From Ylistrum balloti (taxonomy: Eukaryota): a stretch of 64,000 bases of DNA. This document shows, piece after piece, positions 25,534 through 38,865 of the stretch (within the stretch, counting starts at the first letter, position 1; every line of letters starts with the position of its first letter). The translations under genes were made by a program, and so were the position numbers. The notes under the pieces are model-generated. The model was not told the origin of the DNA. It ran no database searches and saw only the letters and a list, made by a program, of their open reading frames with translations. The DNA lies in the NCBI RefSeq assembly GCF_031769215.1, contig NW_026782129.1, positions 806,001-870,000 of the forward strand, read 5' to 3'.

Positions 25534-27493
25534 CTATGGGCCTATGCACATTTAGTTAGACATATGTAGATAATACACAGATAAACTAATGCATTTACAA
25601 TGGCATTGCGATATAGACACCAAGACGGAGAATGTGACAAATTGACATTCGAAATTAAAAAACCTGGAGTATTGTGAGAACGGTTGCTTTGTACTTGATG
25701 TTTTGAGTTGAGCGACCCGGCTAGGTAATCTAATATTTATACTGTCATGCACAAGTACACAGACTTAAAAGGACATCAACAATGTGTATTTGAAAGTCGA
25801 AATGTGTTTTTCATATCGTAGGTCTTCTACTTGATGTTAGAGCGAGGGTATGTAAGAGTGCGGGAGTGTGACGGAGACATTCATTCACTTAGACTAGGTT
25901 CATATATTGAGTTGATATGAGGAACGAGTTCAAAAACTCTACCGTATATCACCACGTGTACGCTTAACTGATTGGTTTGTATACCGCTACAGGATCATTA
26001 GTATTTGTAACATTTATGAAATGTGCCCGACAGAGTTAACTGGACGTTGCAAGACAACCGGAAACATTAAAGTAAGTAACATATAAATTTTCTAGGTAAC
26101 ATATAACTTTTCTAAGTACATATCAATTTATTTACGTTTCCCGTAAAAAAGAAAATATGAAAATCGAGAAAAAGAAATTGATTTGCTGCAGCTGTTGTCA
26201 CACTTTCCACAGGACTATTAAATACAGTCCTTGTGCTTATTTTACGACCCTCAAAAAGTTAAGTGTATTGATATGTCTATCGTAAAATTTTGATGTTAAA
26301 TGACAATATTTTTCTAAATAAAGAAATACATGATGTGAGTACTGAATTCACACCAACACATACTAAACAATGTAACATTCTGATGGTGATCTTTTTAAGG
26401 GGACATTTATTCCCAGATTAAATTAAACCGTCACTATTCATTTGGATGAATTCTCCCTTACTTTTTTATTACATGATAGACTAAACATTGTTGTTCATTG
26501 ACTATCAATATTTCCGGAGGATCACTACCCTCACCGAACAAAAACAATTATGAAAGATTTTACAACTTCTAGTACCACCATAGTTTTGGGGACAAGGGGA
26601 AAACCTGGGCCATTTTATCTACGCAGAAGACCATTTGGAATAACTAAACTCTATGAAATATAAAACAAATTGAAAATATTTTGTGTCGTCACTGTTAAGA
26701 CATCATTGAGATCACCTTACTAAAAAGTTAAGTAATAAAAGTCCCAGAAGACTAAACAGACTATTGACCAGTAATAAAAAAACTCGCACCACAGTTACCT
26801 GATGTGTATTCCATAATGACCATCGGTCAAGTGTTAGGTTGGTTTGGTATATGCAGGAGTTAAAATGTCTTCTCAGATACAACTACTATATGTTTATCAA
26901 AGAAAACCAGATCATTAGTTCAATGACGAGATCGAGCACCCGTGTTCTTTGAAGTAAGGTTTCACTGTATATAAATCGCAAATAACACACGTATCATTGT
27001 AATTTAAAGATGATTTACTGTGCCTCTGGTTTTGTAGATGACGGGCAATACGAATTGACCTATTATTATTCAAGTCGGAAAATAAATAACTTGAAATATT
27101 ACCAGAACAAACAACTCTATATGCGTTTTACACATACACATATCATGTGTCTCTTAACTACTTTTTCTCAACACAATACACAGGTACGTTCTCCGACATA
27201 CAATAAATTCTTCGCGGTATTCACATGTATATCAGATATATCGTAGATATAATATTTCAAATATAGGCAGCCTTATGTTCCAAGAATCCTTTTTATGTCC
27301 ATTATGAAAACCAGAATTAGCAGTATGATGACAGACATATGTTTGTGACACTGTCTGTTTTTATTTCCTGAAAGAATTGAATGGTATTACATTAATGTAA
27401 ATACTTCTCGGTAGACGACGCGTTTACTTTAAACTGTTCCATTTTTACAGTAACTCTTGCTATGATGAACGTAAACTAGATTCGGGGGCAATT

Positions 27494-30400
27494 ATGAACG
27501 AGGAGAACCAGTTACTTGAGTCGCCCAGTCGGATCTATCGTGCACGCTGGTGGATGCTTTTGTTGTCGTCTCTTCATTTCCTTCACCAGAATGTCGGCCT
27601 TAACACCTGGGGACCAATAGCACAGTCAGTCAAAAGAGCATTTGACTGGGAAGATACCACTGTAGTTTTTATTCTCAATATGGGTCGAGTGGGAAGCATC
27701 CTTTACATGTGCGTTGGATCATACGTGTTGGACAAAGCGGGTATGCATGATTACCATATGTGTCGTTAAAATAAGAACCAAAGTAAGATATTCCAGAAAT
27801 ACATCGAAGAAGGTTTAACTGATAAAGGATTTATTCTACGAAACTGATTGAACAAAACATTCTAAAATAGCATAACTGGTGTCTTCACTTAGATGGTATA
27901 AAAGACAAACATTGTGTTAAACTGCATCATACAGCTATTTCACCCTTCTAGGTCTCGTTAGTAATATTAAAGACCTACATTTAGAAGCCTTGAAGACGAC
28001 AGAAGAAAACTCAGGGTGATCGAAAGGAAAGAAAAGAAAAGCCTCTAGGTTAAGCTTTTGAAAGAGAGGGAATGTATTCTATCAATAATGGACTATTATG
28101 TTCTCAACGAATCTCCGTTAGTTAAAGCACAATTGCCCATGCAAGTTCGTTGGAAAGTATCAAGCGAAACAAATGAGCGCGTGGATTTTAAGTGGTTGGC
28201 ACTTTGATGTACTTTAATGTATCGTTTTTGTGATGATCATTTGAATCCACATTAAAGCAGAGATTAGATACATCAAGAAAAGGATAACTGCTATTGTTAA
28301 AACATATTTTATCATTGAAATAAGAAACATTCACTTGAAATAGGAATCATTTTCGAAAAGGCATCATCTCGGTTGATAATGCTAATTTTAGTAAACTTTA
28401 TTTTCCCCGAAATTAAAATTTTGTTTCAGGTTTACGAGTAGCAATGCTTATCTATTCTGTTACTATGCTATTAAGTAACGGTTTACGATCACTAAGTACA
28501 GACAAAGACGTAGCGGTGATGTAAGTATATATATCATATTGTTTATTTAGGAGAGAAAGTGTTATTGATTTCCGTTCAGAAATCATGTTTCAGTTGTTTT
28601 GTTCTTGCTAACATTTTGTAATTCTAACTTGAGATTGATTCACTCCATCATTGTCCAATCCAGTTCTCAATCATCTTGTTTAGCAATTATGGATACTAAT
28701 ATGGTATTTTTTTCATTTAAAGACTTATTACGATCGGAGAATTTCTAAACGGGTGTAATGGCGTAATAACATTTGCAGCGCCACCAATTATAGCAGACAG
28801 GTGGTTTCCACCAGGTGAGAGAATTACCGCATCAGCCATCATGGTGCTAGCTGCATATCTTGGTGAAGGGCTGTCCAGTATAATTGGTAAGTAAAAGAAC
28901 TTACATAATAAAATCGACAGTCTTGCAAATCTCATCTTAAAAGGGTTTTTTTAAGTAGCCCGCAAGGATACACACATTTACATACCTGAATCGTTTACGT
29001 TTGCTTGTGTGATTGCTAAAGTACATCTCCCTCACGGAGTGAGCCAGATGGTGTAAGTAAACAAAGAATGCTGTAAAACTACTTAGATCATGTATACTGA
29101 TGAGTTTTGTATCATGTTAATTAAAAACAGGTAGAATATAACAATAAGTCTACCCTCCACGTCGAAATCCGTCTTAAAACGTTAATTTACATATTATCTC
29201 GATTTGCTTTACCCTGTTGATAAGTCAAACGTATTGAGTGATCGTCACTGCCTGACAAACTCATAACGCGAGGGTTCAAAAGATGCAAGTTGATGAAAAT
29301 AATTGGGAAGTTTTATGATTGCCATAGTGATCTCGTTGAGAAATATTCAATTTCTTTGTGTGAAATGAAACTGGACGTATGTGATGCTCGTTATTTTGCA
29401 TATTGGTTCCGTTGTTTTATATCCTGTTCTCATCTGAAAGCGTGAGATTACTTAATTGGTTGACCAAGGTTTACATGTCGTCGTTGAAGCAGAAGACGCT
29501 TACTCATCCGGAACACATGGTCTGATTTTCATTGTCTCTTTTCAGGAATATCTCCTTTCATTTGTTTATATTTTGCCCTCATTTTATGGAATTTTAGTTT
29601 GAATTATTATTATGTTGCCATGTTGGTATTAGGTATGTTTCTTCTAATATCAATTGATTGATTAGAAACAAACATCCTCATGAATTGTTAATGCAATATT
29701 ATACAGAAACTGCAGAACTACGGACCTTTCAACATGTACAAACCGAACAGTCACGAACAACTTCAAGTCATGCAAACGATGCAAGCTTGAATACGGAGTT
29801 TCAAATATCTGTTTTAGTATCCGTTCAATGGCCTCTGGTTATGTATAGTTGGTGTTGAACAATCATGATGGAGACGGATATCGTGTTTAGTCTGAACATT
29901 GAATAGATGGACGTAAATAATGCTATTACGAAGGTTCGTCTGTTTTCTGTCATGGAAAGATCTTTATCGTTAAAAGCGCATTAAATTTGTCCTTGAAATG
30001 TACCTATAACTCCACCTTTTAACATGAAAATGATGAACAGGTATTAAGTAAAGTAAAGCGTCGATTGTTTAGATTCGAACATGCGAACACTTTTTTATGA
30101 AACACAATTCGTTGAAACAATGTGAAATGTACGACTAAAAACACGGTTTACACAGTGACCATTCAAAATATCAAAGCATGAGAAAACAGGGGGCCCCGGA
30201 AAGATAATCGTCCTCGTGCTTCATGGAGGTCACCCGCCATTTTAGTGAACACAAAAAGGTCATTTAAAAGAGAACTACGTTTACAATAACAAAGCCACCA
30301 GGCATTTCTGTAATGTTCCGATAATATCATCGCAAATTTCAATATCATATAAATAATATTTACATGAATTATCTAATGTAAATATACAAGCAAGAAATAA

Positions 30401-31938
30401 CACACCCGATACTTTACTCGAACATTCGATGTCAAAAACAATAATAATGCGTCTGTGCTGTCTTCGATTTTGGCTCGCTATTGGATTACTTTTTAGAGTC
30501 ATATTATACCAATTTATGTAATAAGAAGACAAATTTTAATCAAACACCTATGTAAGTGTTTTATAAATACACTTACGTACAGTAATTTCTGCTTAAACAA
30601 CAGCAGTTGAGATATAAATGTCAGTTTGGTTATAAAATTGAACGTAATTGGCATCACCTATTGCGTGAACATATAAAACAGATAACCAGATGTACATGTA
30701 ATGACTTTAAACTTCATCAGATTTCTTGAATTTTTTCAGGGCCGAAGGTGTTGGAGAAACCAATTTTCGCCAACGACAGGTATGGTCAAACATTTATATT
30801 TACTTTTTAAAGAATCATACCACTTTTTCTAGTCTCATGCTATGCCAAGCGAAGCTCAACTACCAGAAGCTTATTTTAAGGAGTAAAATATAGTTATGCT
30901 GACTTTCTTGTATTACAACAAGCTTACGAAATTCATCAACGTTGAAATGTGAAGTGTTTTTTATACGCTACATATTCGCTGGGGATTATCATATATTTCC
31001 GTTATGTTTCAGTGTCCTACAAAACTCAACAGTAACTACAGGATCGACGACAGGTTGTTCTCTAACATTTCATTTTTTTCCTTATGTTTATATCTATTGA
31101 CATAAATTTGTACATGAAGATCATTTACTAAATCTAAATCAGCTTTTTTTCTGTTTTATTTAGCGCTTAATGATGTACCTTCTTTTGTATATCGTGATTA
31201 AACACAATTTGAGTAGTGCAAATTCCTTTCTATATAACACATGTCTGTATTGTTATAGATATACGTATGTGTGTTTATATATTCTCTGTCCTTCCCTTTG
31301 TTAGTTATCAATGGCGAGGAAATTTTGGATGGACTGATGGCCTATCTTTATGTTCGTAAGTACATGTTTATTTCGTTTCTAGGTCAATAGTTGTTATCCT
31401 TTGTAATCGCCATTGAAAAGTAGTGACGGTTTTCATGTCTGTTAAGACGGTATATTTGGGTTTTGTTTGACTGGTATCACTGGCCATGATGTCTGATGAT
31501 ATCGGAGGGCGTACACGCACAGATTGTATCTAAAATTGTCGACATTTCAGGAATACTTAGAAATTCACAGTGAGCATGAATAGAACCCCGAAGTATTTTT
31601 GTTCTCATGTTGAAAAATATCTATCAATATAAAAGTCATAACAGAACAGTTTAACCGGTGAACACGCATATTAATGCAATGAGGTTATAAACAAAATATT
31701 AATATAAAATATAATTAATTTGATATGGTCCAATTTCATTTTCAATTATGTTAACAACAACCTTGGCATATCTTTAATGCAAATCAGGTCAGCAGTGATA
31801 AATTCCGAACATCACCTCCACCCACATCTTCACATTAGATTTTATACGGCTGAGTGATGAACAGTCTTTTTGAATAGAAACACACCCATTAATTTTCACA
31901 TCCTCACACACACCCAAACACACATACCCTACCACCCT

Positions 31939-31995
<57 letters not shown>

Positions 31996-34900
31996 GCACG
32001 CACGCACGCACACCCTCACACACATACAAAAATTCACATGACGGTCACTATTATTATACCTATATAATCTACATATAATATGTTTTATCTATCTTATAAG
32101 ATAGCACTTAGAGAGAGATACATTATCAATAAATCGATGTCAGTTATACAGATGAAATAACGAGCGATGGCAGGGTGTGAGACTTTTTTTTGGAATTGTT
32201 CCGAAGGCTTCATCTTACCTTGGATGATCTAAAAAAACAATAATGTAATAAATGTAAGCATTATAGCGTAGGTAAAGTATTAGGAAATAAACGAAAGATT
32301 ACTTTATCACTTGACTTGAGGAAAAGATAGCTCGGTATTTCGAATATGATCGTATCGGTATATAATACATAACGAACAATATGCAAGTATTCAAATATAT
32401 ATGCACTTCAATATGCATGTTACAAATCACATTATAAAAACTGATTCGTAATTTTGTTTTAAAGGACCTGTGTGTCATGTGTTAGTCTTTAATTCCGTTT
32501 TCTGGCGATTAGTGATCAGTGAACATTATAACTCCTGACTATATCATGAAAGTACGTTTCCAGCTATGAAGGTTTTCTTTTTATGTTTGAAATCGTTTAC
32601 TATGACCAAAGTTATGATGAATGACCATCTTTTAATGTCATCTTCTATTTCAAACGCCATATATACTTCCCATTAGTTTTATACCTGAGGTTTTCCCGGC
32701 GATAAAACACACAGATAAAAGTTTTGCTTACTTTAATTCATATTATAGTAAGATAAACCATCCTTTCATATCAAACAATGATCGAGTGCGACGATTCGAA
32801 ACCTAAACAGGAAGACCAATTCGCTGTGAAAAAATAAAACAAAGCACACCTGTCTTATTTATGCAATCGTTAAGTAGACGTGATATATACACAGACAGAT
32901 TGTTGCCATTTCGATATGGTTGCTAGATATGAGAAAATATAATTACCTAACAACTGCATTTAACACCGTTTTTAAAATACAATTATCTGAATACATTCTC
33001 AACATGCCTCAGTTCGACGATTGTTTGCATCGCTGCGGATTTTTAAGATGAAACTTTTATTGATTGCTACTAGTACACAAGGCATAGAAATATACTCATA
33101 GCACGGAAATTAAAAGGATCTTTCAGTGTTTATCTGAATTACTTGTTAAAAAAAGCAACAAGATGCAAACATGTCAACATAATCATAATCCAAACTAAAC
33201 TCCAATAAAACTACGGCAAAATAATAACAAACGAAAGAAGAGAATCCTGAAAAGAGCGAAAATAAATAAGACCATGCGTTTCGGGACAGTAAGCGTTTTC
33301 CTCTTCATCGACAACACCCGCCATGTAAGCCTTGGTCAATCCAAGTAAGTAATGCAATGTTTCTGAAATCAGAACAAGGTATACAACAACGGAACCAAAA
33401 GGGCAAATTAACAATCATAAAAATATGTCCAGCTTCATTTTACTAATACCATCTTACTGGCAAGTCAACAACAGTTATCGGTTAACAAGTCAAACTTGTT
33501 TGTCTTGTTCACATGGTATATTATGTTACTTTAAGTATGGTTAAGCTATTTCATTTTTGAAGTTTTTTAAGACACTGACTGAGTTATAATTCTCAGCAGT
33601 TCTGCTGTCAACGATCCTGCATGTATAGTGATATGTAAATACAATGTTATGGGCGTTTGATTTGGTGATTTTAAAATGAATAGAAGTGCATCTGTATATC
33701 GATCAAGAGAATGGTGAATTGGCATATCAATTAACAGGGGCCTGAATACCAGAAATATGTCAATGATTGATTAGCATTGCGCAGTACAATATGATATGTG
33801 TTACTTCCAATAGTGTACGGTGTTTCGGAATGATTCTTGTAATCCATTTTATCTTTATATCCTCAGAGTGTGGAGTATCGGTAGTGTTGTTCATTATGAC
33901 CGTTGCTTACTATCCTAATAAACCGTCCTCAGCTCCAAGTACCTCTGCTGGTATGTCCCGCCTTAGCTACCTGGAATCCTTCCGGAAATTTGTCAGGTAG
34001 CTATTCATTTAACGTTTTATCGACCTCACAAATATCAACCCAGTGTCTAGGACATCGGTTAAGTTTAAGATTTTAGCGTGAATTAACATGAATCATATGG
34101 TTCTTTATGTTTAAATCTGAACACATGTATGTTGACTTTCCCATAATGAGTCAAGTTCGGTGAAGGAGACCAATTTAACTTTTAAGAAATACTGATCAAA
34201 ACTGAATGTAAAACATAGCAAAATACTTGAAGACAAAATTAGTCATTAAAATATACTTTCTTTGCAAATCAACAAGGCTTTGTCATTATATCAATTAATC
34301 ATATTCTTTTGTACGTTTTAACAAGGTTACTTTAATTGGTAAATCAAGATCTATGTTATATAATATATATAATATATAATGCAACATACATTGCAGAAAC
34401 AAGCATCTGATCTTACTGGTACTGGTTTTCGGTGTGATGATTGGCGTCTACACGTCCTGGGTTCAAGTGATAGACATAATATACAACCCTATCGGCGTTT
34501 CACAGGTAATGGTATTGGTTTTCACTTCCTAATATACTAGTGGTTTTTAGTTCCATATATACCAAAACGAGATAATGGACATATTGGTTATCCAATTACA
34601 TATTATTCGACATTGAAAAAGATATATTACAAATTACACGTTTTCGAAATATGGTTGCCGATGCTTCATTAAATGTAGTTTTGGAGAAAAAAACAACAAC
34701 AAATGAACGTGGTGTTGTTTATATATACTTATATATTTAGCTTACGCAATCGATGTATTGTATGGATACCCCTCAAAATCCGATACTTTCATCCTCTGCA
34801 GATTCGTTTATCCACATAAAACAATATTGACATATGTTCTGCTATGTCTTCAGCTGAGCGCTGGGTGGATAGCTTTTTATACTATAATCATAGGCAGTGC

Positions 34901-37406
34901 ACTTGGGTTCGTTATAGCAAGGTAAGTCTTCAAAAATGTAATCTAGTTCTTTGTGTGACAATCGATTTTTGTCTTTGTGTTATCTTTTGATGTTTTTTAC
35001 GAGCTCTTTTTCCTTAAATGTAGCTATTCATTGATAAATACCATTCCTTGTATGTTATGAAAGTTGTTCAGAAAACTCCATTCGTTCATCTTTTCCGTTT
35101 GGTAATTGAAGGTTTTGTTAAATTTATTTTTAACTGCTCAGACAATGATGTACTAACCACAACTACTTTAAAACATCTATTTTAATTGTTATAGCCAGTA
35201 AATACCTATCGATTCAAAACTTATCATTGTCACATTTTATAAACAAATTTATCACTATTTAATCTCCAAATCGAAAGTGATCAATATTTGAATTATTTCA
35301 TTATTACAGGTACCAACTAAGTGATTCTTCCGTTTTATTACATGGTTTAGGCATGTACCTATGAAGCAACATTTAGTGATTATTTCGTTTTGTTGTAGGT
35401 TTTCTGATATATTTATGAAGCGACTGAAGTCAGTTCTTTTAGCTATGTTTGTACTCACCATAGCAACATCCCTATGGACGGCTTTAATTGCTAATGGATT
35501 ACTTCCTTACTCTAAATGTAAGATTTTTTATGCATTTCTAACAGTTAGTTCAGCGATTGTCAAAGTTTCATTGTGCATATGGCAAAGCTGTCTTCTATAA
35601 TAACATATGAATAACCATGTTAAGTCATTTTGTCGGCAAGTTTAGTCATAAGTTAATAAAAAGGGAGACGACTTTATTTACATCGATCGGATTAAGGTAA
35701 ATGCTGAAGTACATCCGCTGAAGTAACAGTCATTACATTCCATGAGCAATGCTATCTAGTATTCACCTTATATATCTGTGCGATTGTGTCCCGTGTATGA
35801 GAGCTCTCTACTGAATCACTATAGTAATAACATGTTTATTTATAAGACGTCAGATGAAGAAATGAATACCTAGTACAAGTAGAAGTAACTAAGTATTGAA
35901 AAATGAAAGTCTCAGATATTACGTAGGAAGATTGTACAAAAGGCACAGAAGCACATTTATAAGAATTAGATAAAGAATATTCAAATAAAGAATTAAACTG
36001 GATCTACAGAGCTGTCTACGATTTGTGTTCTGGAAGATTTTCGTTAAAGTTAATAATGGAATGATCAAACATGACAATTATACGTCCTTGAGTATATATA
36101 GACAAGATTTCCTTATCGAGATGGACTTTTCTTGTGTTTCCAGGCTCCTTTATCGATCTGGGTGTATTTCTGTTCCCTATGTATAAGTGAAAATTAGAAA
36201 AAATCAAGGAAGCCCAAAACACGTTATATGATTATACGAAAAAGCATTAGGAAAAAAAAGGTTCAGCGCACGACTATTTTTGTAAAATTCTTTGAATGAT
36301 TCTATAATATGTCAGTAACTAAGATAAAGATTTATGAAAATGTTTCATGTGGCCAATTCGAATTTACGAATTCTTATTAAACAGAAAAGTAAGTTTATCA
36401 TATATACAGCATAAAAAGTCTTCAGTTTAAATACTAGGAGGGATTTATAAGATTTAAAACTGAAATGAACACCTTTTCACAAAAGAATACAAGAATACAA
36501 ATGTATTAATTTTTCTAAAATACTGTACGTGGTAATTTGGTGATCGAAGATCCTCAAGTAACTTAATTCTTAAGTCTTAATTTTTTTTCCTCTTTGTTAA
36601 GTATGATGTTTAAAAATTCCGTATATTCAGTAAAAGTAGATATTAAATCATTGCCTATTTGTGATTCCAGGGCAGTTGTATGTATCTGCCATCGTGAGTG
36701 GTGCTATGATAAATGCCTCCTTCCCTCTGTGGTACGAGCTTATTTGTGAAATGTCCTTCCCTATACCTGGTGGAATCATTAACGGAATGTCTAACTTTTT
36801 CTTCCTCGTCTTCGCCAATGTTTTTTTCGCTCTCATGTATATTCCTGTATCCGGTAAGTATTTCATACAAATTTACTTCGGAAGTCGTAACATGTATGTA
36901 TCAAAGTAAATGTAAGTAGTAGAATACAGTTTGCAATTAAGTTATATCACACGATGAAATTATAAGAGTAGCTTTAAAGAGGAGGTTTATTCTTTCGGAA
37001 TACCATGCCAGAGGTCACCATACATCTAATGGGATGGGGATTTGAATTTTCTTTTGTTGTTGTTGTTGTTTATATATAATGTTGAAATCTATTTTTGTCA
37101 AACAGTTTTATTTATAAAAGTAAGCGATGATGTTTATAATGACATAAAGAAAAATGAACTTTGAAAACATTGTTTGATTTTTATTTTCTGAGTTGTCTCC
37201 CTTTCGCAGATCACCGATGGTTGACGTGGACTATGTTCGTTTGTTCCTTGCTTGGTTTTGTGACGTTGTTGTTATTACCGGTGACGTACGTTAGGACAGA
37301 TATCGATATGGAGGCTAAGGAAGTGGATGGCAGTCATAGTAACAAGGCCGACAATATCATGATGGAAACCTGTTCTCAGGAAAACGTTAAGAACGAAAAT
37401 GAATAA
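27494..37406 (+). CDS. SLC49A4: SLC49A4/DIRC2-like MFS transporter, copy C (complete, 12 coding exons, 479 aa)
   Basis: Exons 27494-27740, 28430-28520, 28723-28886, 30740-30779, 31013-31053, 31305-31355, 33867-33996, 34397-34505, 34854-34921, 35399-35517, 36671-36853 and 37210-37406. All GT-AG, total 1440 nt in frame. Motifs: RARWW...NTWGPIAQS, LDKAGLR, DRWFPPGERITAS, YPNKPSSAPS, PLWYELICEMSFPIPGG. Confidence 0.93.
27925..27966 (-). ncRNA. Minimal type I hammerhead ribozyme motif H5 (decayed), intron 1 of copy C
   Basis: Minus strand TATTA-CTAACGA-GACC-TAGAA-GGGT-GAAA-TAGCTG-TA-TGATG. Confidence 0.72.
29235..29625 (+). mobile_element. Penelope-like element, 3' fragment
   Basis: DKLITRGFKRCKLMKIIGKFYDCHSDLVEKYSISLCEM, then the shared 3' end containing GCTTACTCATCCGGAACAC. 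Confidence 0.8.
31947..32012. repeat. Compound (CA)n/(CGCA)n microsatellite
   Basis: Direct reading. Confidence 0.98.
33170..33420 (-). mobile_element. Penelope-like element, 3' non-coding end only
   Basis: Reverse complement of the shared end (TTGACCAAGG...GCGGGTGT...GCTTAC); clearly similar to 200-350 and 51290-51430. Confidence 0.75.
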
Positions 37407-37786
37407 GTGGTCTGTTTAATTCATCATAGCTGGCTTTTTATCTTAATGCATTTTCGACAATAGTATGACAAGTATCAGTGTAACGTTGTCAAGACGATAG
37501 TGATAATCATTCTTATTCATTCGATTTTTGGCTCAAATATTCCCTCAATGACAGCTATCTATGAAAAAGCGCTGTAACGCAGGGCGCCATATTATTGAAA
37601 GCTGACGTTGATTGAAACAAATTTCGTGTGAATTTCATCAAGTCCAGTATTAGTTGTTTATATGTGATGACACCGTATATGCGTGGATAAATGATTTTTG
37701 CACGTTCGATGCATGTCACATTAATGAGGCTTTAAATATGTTTGGTGATTTTATATTAATAGAGTATAGGCTGTCTTCGGTACGTT

Positions 37787-37938
37787 NNNNNNNNNNNNNN
37801 NNNNNNNNNNNNNNNNNNNNNNNNNNNNNNNNNNNNNNNNNNNNNNNNNNNNNNNNNNNNNNNNNNNNNNNNNNNNNNNNNNNNNNNNNNNNNNNNNNNN
37901 NNNNNNNNNNNNNNNNNNNNNNNNNNNNNNNNNNNNNN
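37787..37938. other. Assembly gap (N run)
   Basis: N characters. Confidence 1.
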
Positions 37939-38099
37939 TTTTAATGGAATCTACGATATGTTTCAGAGTGTGTAAAGCTTATAGGGAAGAAACTTGTTTC
38001 AGTGATGTTAAAGGGACATAGGATTTGTATAGTGTATGCAGTGTTGATCGAGAATTAAATATGATCGTTATATACAATGTTCATGGGTTATAAGATATT

Positions 38100-38230
38100 T
38101 ACTGATTATAAGATATGTGTGGTGTATATAATGATAATGGAGTGAAAGATATTTCTGGTATATGTCATTATAATGGAGTATAAGCTATGTTTGGTGTATG
38201 TAATTATAATGGAGTAATAGATACGTTCTA
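38100..38230. repeat. Degenerate ~37-bp minisatellite downstream of copy C
   Basis: Recurring GATATGT.TGGTGTAT.TAAT.ATAATGGAGT; a related array lies downstream of copy D at ~61720-61900. Confidence 0.65.
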
Positions 38231-38244
38231 GTTTCTGATCGAGT

Positions 38245-38865
38245 ATGACCAACAGGCTATTTACATCCCTATGATAACTAGCTGCGCCCCTCGGTTTGCT
38301 GACTTATTTTTGTTGCCATACGAGGCAGAATTTATTAAAGATCTTATCAAAACAGGTTACAAACAACACATTGCAAAGCCATTTGATTTCACTTTCAGAT
38401 ATATTGGTGACGTCTTTAAACAGCAAAATTTTATTGACAAAGTCCATCGTATATACCAATCTTAATATTGCAAATCTAAAACACGACATACTCTTCCAAA
38501 TCACCTTCTTATCTCGATCTTTTCCTACAACGAAACCATCACGGACAGCTTTCCACCAATCTGTATGATGATAAACGAGATGATTTCAATTTCCCTATTG
38601 TGTATTTTCCATTTAATAGAAATATTCTTCTTCTTTGTGTGATATGAAACTGGACGTGTTTAATGCTCGTTAATTTGCTTGTTGTTTCCGTTGTTGTGTG
38701 CCTTGTACTCATTTGAGAACGTTACATTACATAGCTGGATTGACCAAGGTTTACATGGCGGGTGTCGGTAGAAGACACTTACTCTTCCGGAACACGTGGT
38801 CTTATTATCCTGGTATTTTTTCAGGAGTCTCGGTCTTTCTTTTGTTCATATTTTGCCAATGTTTC
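38245..38865 (+). mobile_element. Penelope-like element, RT fragment plus 3' end
   Basis: IPMITSCAPRFADLFLLPYEAEFI, FDFTFRYIGDV, QLSTNLYD..KRDDFNFPIV, followed by the shared 3' end. Confidence 0.85.

Noticed and set aside
26720-27130. Possible PLE pre-RT relic (QYELTYYYSSRK resembling ELPYLYWIPK)
   Set aside because: Similarity is too weak to support by eye.
30326-30341. 16-mer ATCATCGCAAATTTCA shared with 39140-39155
   Set aside because: No convincing extension, and one such match is plausible by chance in 64 kb of AT-rich DNA.
31259-31264. Possible 6-nt micro-exon AG/ATATAC/GTATGT in copy C
   Set aside because: It would leave a 40-nt intron, the donor is absent in D, and the CDS is in frame without it.
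21883-37944. ORFs spanning microsatellites, poly-A or N gaps (e.g. 18284-18671, 21883-22098, 22378-22611, 31789-32067, 37654-37944)
   Set aside because: Artefacts of low-complexity or unknown sequence.
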